From a virus (lineage: Duplodnaviria > Caudoviricetes): DNA of 36,179 nt. Numbering within the stretch: position 1 is the first letter of the stretch; every line of letters starts with the position of its first letter. The notes under the pieces were generated by a model. It ran no database searches. It had not been told where the DNA came from and saw only the letters and a list, made by a program, of their open reading frames with translations. Positions 19,401 through 25,408 of this stretch are shown here, one piece after another. The stretch is taken from the IMG/VR virus record IMGVR_UViG_3300033067_002335, positions 1-36,179 of that record. One strand, written 5' to 3'. The position numbers and the translations under genes are program-made.

Positions 19401-22139
19401 AAAGAAATGACCGGATCGCATGGTGGCAACGTGTGGTCGGCCATCAAGCTGCACGAACCGATGCCGAACCCGGCATTTGAGGAGCCCATCCGGCGTGTGC
19501 TGGGTCTGACTTCCCCGCAGTTTACAAAGATCCTGCGGGGCGACGAACAACTGCACGGCGATAGCGGCCCGTCAGCCATCTATAACGCGCTGGACAAGAT
19601 TGATCTCGATCTGGCTATCAAGGATGCGCGGCAGGATATTGACAGCGGCAAGAAAACAAAGCGGGATGCCGCTATCCGGCGCCTGAAGTTCCTGACAGGC
19701 GCACAGCGCTCCGGCATCCATCCACGAGACTGGGTGTTGAATCGCGTACCGGTTTTGCCGCCGGCGTTCCGTCCAGTCAGCGTGATGGGCCCGAAAAAGC
19801 TGCCGATGGTGGCTGATCCGAACTACTTGTACAAGGAACTGTGGGACGCGAACGAGAATCTCAAGCAGGCGCAGGGCGTTTTTAGCCAGGTTGGCGACGA
19901 GCGGGAGGCGCTGTATAACGCTTTCCGCGGCGTGACTGGATTGGGCGATCCCGTCCAGCTGAAAAACCAGCAACGCGGTGTAAAGGGGATCCTGCAACAT
20001 GTACTCGGCAACAGTCCCAAAACAAGCGTGGTGCAACGGCAGCTGCTCGGTAGCCAGGTGGACATGGTGGGTCGTGCTGTCATTACACCCGACCCTGAAC
20101 TGGACATGGATGAAATTGGCCTGCCAGAAAACTCCGCCTGGGAACTCTACGGGCTCCGCGCCATCCGGGCACTCGCCCGGCGCGGCATGTCCAAAGTGGA
20201 GGCCGCCCGCGCCGTTGAAGAGAGATCGTCGGCAGCTCGCCAAGCGTTGCTCGCAGAACTAGATGCTGGACCGATTATCTACAACCGCGCACCGACGCTG
20301 CACAAATATGGTTTTATGGCAGCGTATCCGAAATTGACAGCGGGGCATACGCTGAGTGTCAGCCCGCTGGTTGTCGGGCCCTACGCGGCGGACTTCGACG
20401 GAAACTGTTGTGTATTTAATACCAAAATCCCCGTTGAATTTGATCTAGCCGCTATATACACTTCCTCTGGGGCGTATTTCACCGCTTTAGAGGAGGTTAT
20501 TATGCGTACGACAGGGTCCACGAAACTGCCAACACAGGGCACGCTGCAGACTGTTTTGCGGATTGGCGAGATCCCGCAGCTGGGCACGCCGACAGAGACA
20601 ACCTTGGGGCAGCAGGTCTTTGCGCTGCCCGACGGCTTCCGGGTGCTGACGTACGATCCTGTCAGCGGTGGTAGTCGTTATGCCGCTGCCACGCATCTGA
20701 CGGTTGATAACAACCACCCGTGCGTACTGGTTGAAACTGCGCGGGGCCGCAAGGTCGAAGTCAGCGATAATGAGAGCCTGTGCTGCTATGACACCGTTAA
20801 CGGCCAGGTTATCAAGATCACGCCGCGTAACGCTGTCGGGATGTTCTCGCCATTCGTGAAACAAGAACGTATCGACGGGACCGAGTTCAACCGCGACATC
20901 GGCTGGTGGTACGGCGCACTTGTTGCTGACGGCTGGCTGGCGCCGCGAACAGTCGGCTATGCCAAGAATGACGACAGCAAGCGGGCTGCGTTTGAACGGA
21001 TAGCCCGTAACCAGCTCAACCCCAACTTCTCGGCGAACCAGTACGACGAGTCGGATAGCGATGCTAAATTCTCGGACTCGAAGAAGGTCCATCTGAACGG
21101 CGTGCAGTTACGGCAGACGGTGTTTAACTGCTACGCCGACCGCGATGAAACTACGGAAGGCAAACGCAGCGCGCTGCTGAAAAAGATTCCTGACGAACTG
21201 CTGCAACGCGGCAACCGTGAGTGTCTGCTGGGAGTATTGGCTGGCTTGCTGGAGGGCGACCGGTCTATCGGCTGGAATACAGCTAAGGGCAAACCGCAGT
21301 TTTTTGCCAAGCTGTGTACCTCGAGTACGCACTTGATTGACTCGGCATATGTGTTGCTGCGGAAGCTGGGCATACGGTGGTCTCTGACGACAACACCGGC
21401 GCGTGGGCAGTCTAACGAGAGCTTTATACTCAGCCTGAGCTCTGTCGATCTCTGTCGCCTGGCGCCCGAGCTGCAGTTTGTAGGCGCCGACGCGCAGAAA
21501 CTGTTTACGGAATTGCAGCAAACGCCACCGACAAAAGACGATCGCGACGTTGTGCCGTTGCCGGCTGACTTGGCAGGCTACCTGGCTACGCTACTGACGA
21601 CCGGTCACCCGGCCTACTCGCTGCTGCGTAAAGCGACTAAAGGTGTCGGGCGTATTACCCGGGCGGCCGCTGCCGGGCTGTTGCTGGCTGCCGAGGCTAA
21701 AAACGCCGCGCATCCGCAGCTGGCTGCCTGGCGGCTGATTGTGGCCGATACACTGACCCACTGGGACGAAATCCGGACTGTGACGCCGATTGCGGCGCAA
21801 ACGGTGTACGACCTGGCCGTGCCGGATACCAAGGTCTTCGCGGTTAACAACGGCCTGGTTATTTACGACACGATGCAGTTTCACCTGCCGAGCGAGCAGT
21901 CGCAGCGGGAAGCGGCTGAGAAAATGTTACCCAGCAAGAACCTGCTGGCAGCAGCAGATTTCAAGAGCCCGCTATACAAACCCACGCATGAGTATGTCGG
22001 TGGCCTGTATGAAGCGTCTGTGCAGCGAGACAAGTTGAGGCCCCCGGCAGAGTTCGCTACAGTAAAAGACGCCATCGCAGCATACCGCCGCGGTGAAATT
22101 GACGCATCCCGCGTCGTCCATATCTTGCGAGACGAGTAA
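13431..22139 (+). CDS. rpoBC: Phage multisubunit RNA polymerase: beta fused to the N-terminal half of beta', with 4 inteins (2902 aa precursor, ~1485 aa spliced)
   Basis: Beta motifs: GTYIYRGTE, RVTRLGEGGL, RAVMASRM|TTQALPL, GYNFEDAVVVS, GDKL|SGLHGDKGVIS, YYMKLHH, KRIGMLE. Beta' motifs: GGLFD, VPVLPPAFRP, LLGSQVDMVGRAVI, NRAPTLH, ADFDG. Confidence 0.93.
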   Translation: MSDPQTPVDLFDEAGQPEGAAPASDLFDAPPAPPPAAPVTLRRFDDSATARQAIFNNVLAATQAIEPLENARYRLSVHDVKYIDPDTFRKRDYKHAILSGKTLGRRMQGTLQLTDLQTQKPVVAKKMTLAVVPYLTDHGTYIYRGTEYGLANQLRLRSGAFARLKENGETETHINAIPGKGVTHRVFMEPATGVFKIRAQQAEFPLYPVLTALGVNDEDIKARWGNAIYAANRKKADPQVLLRAHEKLVRRPKAQDYDGKVKELLESLRNTELDPEVTQRTLGKPYNRLSAEVYADVSHKLLQLSRGEATPDDRDAMPYQVLMGPEDLFAERLKRARNSLRQLLFKATTKGNLDNVPVRPLDQEIHNTLLTSGLGSPLEEINPTELLDQQTRVTRLGEGGLPGVDSVPLESRAVQPTQVGFIDFMRTAECYDAETEVLTQTGWKRWAFVTHDDLLACLHENSVRYYRPQRLVRYTYTGTMYRTATGSLCVTAGHRMWVRAANAADFEIVPVEKLVDNNQPYYLCGTTQFALSPLQQIQGVSEPVYCATVPGGLLYVRRYNEPAFWCGNSEKVGIDGRLAGAAMKGSDNRIYTPVRDLQTGQIVYKSAQDLADEAVAFPGETKRNTPQIDALFGGRVQTLSRDKARYEFPNMEGTFSLLSNLVPFKSADKGQRAVMASRMSVTGDAWVLVRRLDGTAYHGPIADYTWCAGDLSPSIDKTTNQFCWKAVTAKLTHRNTKKLWRVTTDSGRSVTATVDHSFVTLSDAGRLCKIEPQAMTKHTPVPCGILLDCPETYTQPLQVAAGNKHNAHPPAALPLDFDTGWVVGLYLSEGYGPGTEPRQVCFANIAPEVQQRLQTAFAVHGVNATTSSGRADGVLDRTTVNWKQLYLTFANEFGDGAYNKKLPAWVLFSPAEFRRGVLAGYIAGDGIVAKPKARTVSVGGGSRSAALVQGLVALCGTLGIATTVRSNWVDTGPGGSRVQQYRFCVRKEFIARLPELTHKLKDRKIQQADWTGKRSADWLPVFSDLHAMILRRTSRRDKYRRRLGNRLRGNLTRRDILAIFGEDAAWATRGWSQSLVWWEHVATATPVDDQPEFVYDLDMADNVFMANGVFVHNTTQALPLTTQESPLLQMALPDNPDQSYQDLYGERLGAARAPFAGRVTKITPDEMELRDPVSGKRHTIDLYNNHIYNRKTLISQKPLVKVGDTVQPGQLVANSNFTDANGAAAYGLNLRTAYLPWKGYNFEDAVVVSSAAADKLTSEHAYQHVMEWPKDYKRGLSTYTSIFPSTYGKDVLQSLDDNGIVKVGTKLTEGHPLILSVKKKETNEATVHRGKGASHVDSTITWDHKDPGEVVDVFDDGKQTNVVVKMRSRMQVGDKLCFDEDTEVLTRAGWKPVAAVTWQDNVCTLQPGDRIAYLPPTALHSYPAGGRMYRIASQQVDQFVTANHRMYVCRRGSSQFELLPATAIAGKRVQYKKNGTWVGKSPEAFVIPGVTVKAGQFGRGSRKLADVRLSPTAFMTLLGAFISEGSVFGNAKDGNYGIQIATLIPANTAKLLAELAALGIKHIPTASGVVIYGKTLYSYFSTLGGRAGKKRLPPEIFEWHIDDLKTLFNWLMWGDGHCHDNGRPVCYTTVSPGLADDVQRLCLHIGYAANVVCDLPARVQVIKGKAYNCLPRYNVRVVTRKLTPAVNHSHTKTQHAQEEFFVEDYDRAVYCVTVPGHVLYVRRNGKACWSGNSGLHGDKGVISAIVPEHEMPTDEQGRPLEVLVNPYGLNTRTNAAQVAEAALQKIAAARGKPYKLKDFDDIDDIIGFAQAEMDKHGMKLEEDLTDQETGRKLPKVLSGVRYYMKLHHQAEAKEQGRGLGAYSAEGTPAKGGFGGSKRIGMLETTSLLSHGVPNILRDAKFVRGQASPDYWAMYAAGYTPPTPTVPFTYQKFVNQLRGMGLNPVRENHKVHIMALTNKAVDELAGTRNLNNADTVNWNEQMTPKAGGLFDKEMTGSHGGNVWSAIKLHEPMPNPAFEEPIRRVLGLTSPQFTKILRGDEQLHGDSGPSAIYNALDKIDLDLAIKDARQDIDSGKKTKRDAAIRRLKFLTGAQRSGIHPRDWVLNRVPVLPPAFRPVSVMGPKKLPMVADPNYLYKELWDANENLKQAQGVFSQVGDEREALYNAFRGVTGLGDPVQLKNQQRGVKGILQHVLGNSPKTSVVQRQLLGSQVDMVGRAVITPDPELDMDEIGLPENSAWELYGLRAIRALARRGMSKVEAARAVEERSSAARQALLAELDAGPIIYNRAPTLHKYGFMAAYPKLTAGHTLSVSPLVVGPYAADFDGNCCVFNTKIPVEFDLAAIYTSSGAYFTALEEVIMRTTGSTKLPTQGTLQTVLRIGEIPQLGTPTETTLGQQVFALPDGFRVLTYDPVSGGSRYAAATHLTVDNNHPCVLVETARGRKVEVSDNESLCCYDTVNGQVIKITPRNAVGMFSPFVKQERIDGTEFNRDIGWWYGALVADGWLAPRTVGYAKNDDSKRAAFERIARNQLNPNFSANQYDESDSDAKFSDSKKVHLNGVQLRQTVFNCYADRDETTEGKRSALLKKIPDELLQRGNRECLLGVLAGLLEGDRSIGWNTAKGKPQFFAKLCTSSTHLIDSAYVLLRKLGIRWSLTTTPARGQSNESFILSLSSVDLCRLAPELQFVGADAQKLFTELQQTPPTKDDRDVVPLPADLAGYLATLLTTGHPAYSLLRKATKGVGRITRAAAAGLLLAAEAKNAAHPQLAAWRLIVADTLTHWDEIRTVTPIAAQTVYDLAVPDTKVFAVNNGLVIYDTMQFHLPSEQSQREAAEKMLPSKNLLAAADFKSPLYKPTHEYVGGLYEASVQRDKLRPPAEFATVKDAIAAYRRGEIDASRVVHILRDE
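14718..15134 (+). mobile_element. Mini-intein 1 (139 aa) in RNAP beta, at the ETPE-equivalent motif
   Basis: RTAE|CYDAETEVLT...TAGHRM...VYCATVPGGLLYVRR...WCGN|SEKVG. No endonuclease domain. Confidence 0.88.
15468..16769 (+). mobile_element. Intein 2 (434 aa) with LAGLIDADG homing endonuclease, in RNAP beta
   Basis: ASRM|SVTGDAWV...TVDHSF...NGVFVHN|TTQALP. LAGLIDADG motifs GWVVGLYLSEG and GVLAGYIAGDG. Confidence 0.9.
17559..18626 (+). mobile_element. Intein 3 (356 aa) with LAGLIDADG endonuclease, in the beta GDK motif
   Basis: VGDKL|CFDEDTEVLT...TANHRM...VYCVTVPGHVLYVRRNGKACWSGN|SGLHGDKG. Motifs LLGAFISEG and LFNWLMWGDG. Confidence 0.9.
20406..21869 (+). mobile_element. Atypical intein 4 (488 aa) with LAGLIDADG motifs, in the beta' catalytic DFDGD motif
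   Basis: ADFDGN|CCVFNTKI...VYDLAVPDTKVFAVNNGLVIYD|TMQFHLP. Motifs WWYGALVADG and LAGLLEGDR. Ends in YD rather than HN. Confidence 0.85.
20434..20504 (+). promoter_or_regulatory. Putative sigma70-type promoter, RBS and internal start inside intein 4
   Basis: TTGAAT (20434-20439), 17-bp spacer, TACACT (20457-20462). AGGAGGT at 20491-20497 and in-frame ATG at 20502. AT-rich patch in GC-rich DNA. Confidence 0.55.
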
Positions 22140-22141
22140 AC

Positions 22142-22834
22142 ATGGCATTCAACCCGGTTTTGTTTGCGCTTGCGCAGCAGCGGCTGGAACAGGACCAGAC
22201 TGCCGTCAAAACAGCGGCTGGCGAGATCCCTGGTATGTCCCCGGGCCCGGGCAGTGCGCCGCAACAACAGCAGCAAATTATGCCAGCCGGCGCCGGCGGT
22301 GGCGGAATGGGGCAGGTAGGCGGCCAGCTACAAATGCCGCAGATGCCGATGCAAATGCCGGGCGCAGGTGGCGGCGGTGCCGGCGGTAAGAAATTCGACC
22401 CGCAAATGGTCGATGTGCGGCTGTATAACATGCAGCAGCAACTTACCGCGATTATGAACCATCTCGGCATCCAGCTACCGCCTGGGGCAATCGTCACGCC
22501 GCCTGGCCAGCCCGTGCCGCCGGCAGAGATGGCGTTGCCGGGTGCTCCAATGGACCCGTCCATGATGCAACAGACTGCTCCAGCAGGTGCTGGTGCACCA
22601 GGCCAGGGTGCTCCCATGGACCCGTCTATGATGCAGCAAGGCGGACAGCCGCCGGGCGCAATGGATCCGGCTATGCTGGCCGCTGGTGGGGCGAAGACTG
22701 CGGAAGAGATCATCAAGCAAGCCACTGACAGCTATACGCAAAAGCTGTTGCCCGCGCCGACGCCGCTGATGTCAGCCTTGTCAATGAACGACAAGGTGGA
22801 TGCGGTGAAGCACCTGCTGGGGCTAAGCTCGTGA
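22142..22834 (+). CDS. Low-complexity Gly/Pro/Met/Gln-rich protein with KTA/KQA motifs
   Basis: 230 aa, starting 2 bp after the RNAP stop. GAPMDPSMMQQ occurs twice; VKTAA, AKTAE and IKQA motifs. Confidence 0.75.
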   Translation: MAFNPVLFALAQQRLEQDQTAVKTAAGEIPGMSPGPGSAPQQQQQIMPAGAGGGGMGQVGGQLQMPQMPMQMPGAGGGGAGGKKFDPQMVDVRLYNMQQQLTAIMNHLGIQLPPGAIVTPPGQPVPPAEMALPGAPMDPSMMQQTAPAGAGAPGQGAPMDPSMMQQGGQPPGAMDPAMLAAGGAKTAEEIIKQATDSYTQKLLPAPTPLMSALSMNDKVDAVKHLLGLSS

Positions 22835-23067
22835 CTGGTTTGTCTGTCTCAGCCGCTGGTGGGAGTTTGCCCGTCGAGCGGCGTTACGACGGCGCTGAGC
22901 GCGTTGTGGTTCGTGACTGGCACGGTAATGCCATTGCTGTCGTGATGATGCGCGGCCCGGTTGTTGTCTGCTCGAGTCTGGGTCAGCCAGACTTCGCGCG
23001 GGTACTCGCTGACAGCGGCATTTCTGCCTGTCTGCCGGTGCTGACAACAACCATTTTGGAGCGTTGA
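22831..23067 (+). CDS. Hypothetical protein
   Basis: 78 aa with GTGA overlap; exactly fills the gap before the beta' C-terminal gene. Confidence 0.55.
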   Translation: MTGLSVSAAGGSLPVERRYDGAERVVVRDWHGNAIAVVMMRGPVVVCSSLGQPDFARVLADSGISACLPVLTTTILER

Positions 23068-23071
23068 CACT

Positions 23072-25366
23072 GTGCCCTTACGCACGACTGTCGGACAACT
23101 GCTGATCAACGACGCGCTGCCGCCAGAGCACCGGGACTATAACCGGGTCCTGGATAAAGGCGGCGTGGCTAATCTGTTGGCCGCAGTCGCGACAACATCG
23201 CCCGAGCAGTATCGGGATGTTTCACACAAGTTGTCTGACGTTGGTCGGCATGTTGCTTACACGACGGGCGGCCACTCGTTCACGCTAGCCAACATGCGGA
23301 CGCCGCCGGAAGTAGAGCGCGCACTGGCACAGATTCGAACAGAGGTCGAGCAGATCCGTAACGACCAGAACCTGCCGCAGGATGCAAAAGACGCTGCAAT
23401 CATCGAGCTGCTGGGCAAACACACGCAGACGATGTCTAAAACAACGCTGGAAGCGGCTAAGGCAGCAAATAACCCGCTGTACCGGCAGCTGATCGGCGCC
23501 GGCCGCGGTAACGCCTCGCAGCTGAATAGCTTGCTGGGCGCGGATCTGATGTACGAAGACCATCGCGGGCGCCCGATCCCGATCCCGGTGCTGCGGTCGT
23601 ACAGCAAGGGGTTGCGCCCATCCGAGTACTTTGCGGCCGCCTTCGGTACCCGCAAGGGGCTGGTGGACTTAAAACACGGAACAGCCGCAGCAGGTTTCCT
23701 GGCCAAGCAGCTGGCACAAGCTGCGCACCGGCTGGTGGTCACAGCAGACGATGACAAGAATCCGTACGATGAAAGCACGCCGCGCGGGTTGATATCAACC
23801 ACCGATGACCCGGACAATGCCGGCGCTTATCTGGCGCACCCGGCTGGCGGGTATGGGCGTAACACACTGTTAACACCACGCATCTTGAAAGAGATGCGGG
23901 CTAAGGGAATTGACCAGATCCTGGTGCGGAGCCCCACAGTAGGCGGCCCAGCGGATGGGGGTGTGTACTCCAAGGACGCCGGTATCCGTGAGCTGGGTTA
24001 TACAGCGCCAGTCGGCAGTTATGTGGGCCTCACGGCAGCGCAGGCGATCGCTGAGCCGATTACACAAAGTTCGATCTCGAGCAAACACTGCCTGGCTGCG
24101 GGCACGTTAGTGCGGATGGCGGACTGGTCGGTAAAACGGATTGAAGACATCCAGGTGGGCGATCTCGTGTTGGGCGCGGATATGCGGGCAAACACGTTTT
24201 CGTCGCGCGTGGTGAATACATACGATAACGGACCGCGAGAGTGCGTCCGCACGACATTCGACGCCGGCGGGACGGCGCCCATGGAACTGTTCAGCACAGT
24301 AGACCACAAGGTGCTAGTCGCCGGCGCTGACAGTATGCCGTGTATGTTACCTGCCGGCATGTGTTGCCGACGTCCTGCCGTTGTCGGCGTTTTGCCGACG
24401 TATGACATCGAAGTAGACAACGCCGACCACCTGTTCGTGTTGGCTAATGGGCTGATCGTCAGCAATTCAGGAGGGGTCGCCGGTGCTGGCGCTAAGGCCA
24501 TCGGCGGCTTCAAACTGATCAATGCGCTGGTGCAATCGCCTGAAGTATTTCCTGGCGGCGCGACATACTCGCAGCACGATGGGCGGGTTACAAAAGTGGA
24601 GGCCGCGCCGCAAGGCGGTCACTTTGTCGACGTGGCGGGCGAGCGGCATTATGTTCCGCACGGGCTGCCTGTCCGCGTAAAGCCGGGTGACGATGTTGAA
24701 GCGGGCGACATGCTGTCAGAAGGCGAGCTGCGACCGGCCGAGATCGTGCGCCATAAAGGCGTAGGTGAAGCCCGGCGGCTGTACGCGGAGCATCTGACCA
24801 AGACTTTGCGCGGGATGAATATCACGGCGCATCGCCGCAACGCGGAGTTACTCTCCCGTGGGCTGATTAACCACGTCAGGCTGACCCAGGAGTTTGACGA
24901 CTGGCTGCCTGATGACATCGTGCCGTACCAGACGCTGGAGCACCAGTACACGCCGCGACAGGGTGCGCAAGATGCGACACCGCGACAGTCCATCGGCAAA
25001 TACCTGGAACGCCCGGTGCTGCACTATACGATCGGCACTAAAATCAGGCCGTCCGTGGCAGCCCAGTTAGAAAAGTTCAGCATTAAGAAAGTCACGGCGC
25101 ATAAAGACCCGCCCCCGTTCGAACCAGAAATGGTGCGCGGGATGGCGCAAATGTCACACGACGCGGACTGGCAAACGCGGTTTCTTGGCTCCTACAACCA
25201 GAAGAGCCTGCTAGATGCCGCGCACCGCGGCATGACTAGCGACGAGCTGGGCAGTTCTTTTGTGCCCGCCCTGGTTTCCGGGGAAACGTTCGGAAAAGTT
25301 GGCCCCACTGTCGGCTGGACGCCGCCAAACAAGAGCGACGTTGGCATAGCTACCGATGGCCGATAA
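23072..25366 (+). CDS. rpoC: Phage RNA polymerase beta' C-terminal half, with one mini-intein (764 aa precursor, ~638 aa spliced)
   Basis: TTVGQLLIN; NPLY...GRGNASQL; bridge helix GLRPSEYFAAAFGTRKGLVD...AGFLAKQL; VRSP; trigger loop VGLTAAQAIAEPITQ...KH|SGG; VKPGDDVEAGDMLSEG. Confidence 0.92.
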   Translation: MPLRTTVGQLLINDALPPEHRDYNRVLDKGGVANLLAAVATTSPEQYRDVSHKLSDVGRHVAYTTGGHSFTLANMRTPPEVERALAQIRTEVEQIRNDQNLPQDAKDAAIIELLGKHTQTMSKTTLEAAKAANNPLYRQLIGAGRGNASQLNSLLGADLMYEDHRGRPIPIPVLRSYSKGLRPSEYFAAAFGTRKGLVDLKHGTAAAGFLAKQLAQAAHRLVVTADDDKNPYDESTPRGLISTTDDPDNAGAYLAHPAGGYGRNTLLTPRILKEMRAKGIDQILVRSPTVGGPADGGVYSKDAGIRELGYTAPVGSYVGLTAAQAIAEPITQSSISSKHCLAAGTLVRMADWSVKRIEDIQVGDLVLGADMRANTFSSRVVNTYDNGPRECVRTTFDAGGTAPMELFSTVDHKVLVAGADSMPCMLPAGMCCRRPAVVGVLPTYDIEVDNADHLFVLANGLIVSNSGGVAGAGAKAIGGFKLINALVQSPEVFPGGATYSQHDGRVTKVEAAPQGGHFVDVAGERHYVPHGLPVRVKPGDDVEAGDMLSEGELRPAEIVRHKGVGEARRLYAEHLTKTLRGMNITAHRRNAELLSRGLINHVRLTQEFDDWLPDDIVPYQTLEHQYTPRQGAQDATPRQSIGKYLERPVLHYTIGTKIRPSVAAQLEKFSIKKVTAHKDPPPFEPEMVRGMAQMSHDADWQTRFLGSYNQKSLLDAAHRGMTSDELGSSFVPALVSGETFGKVGPTVGWTPPNKSDVGIATDGR
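24089..24466 (+). mobile_element. Mini-intein 5 (126 aa) in the beta' trigger loop
   Basis: SSKH|CLAAGTLVRMAD...KRIEDIQVGDLV...TVDHKV...TYDIEVDNADHLFVLANGLIVSN|SGG. Confidence 0.9.
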
Positions 25367-25408
25367 ACTGACAACGTATTGATTTACCGCTACTACGGGG
25401 TCTCAAGG

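Noticed and set aside
14718-24466. Group I/II introns as the RNAP insertions
   Set aside because: All five insertions are in frame, stop-free and bounded by intein splice-junction residues.
13431-25366. Cellular rpoB-rpoC operon
   Set aside because: No flanking rplL/rpsL or other housekeeping genes. Subunits are reduced, rearranged and intein-rich, and the neighbours are phage-like.
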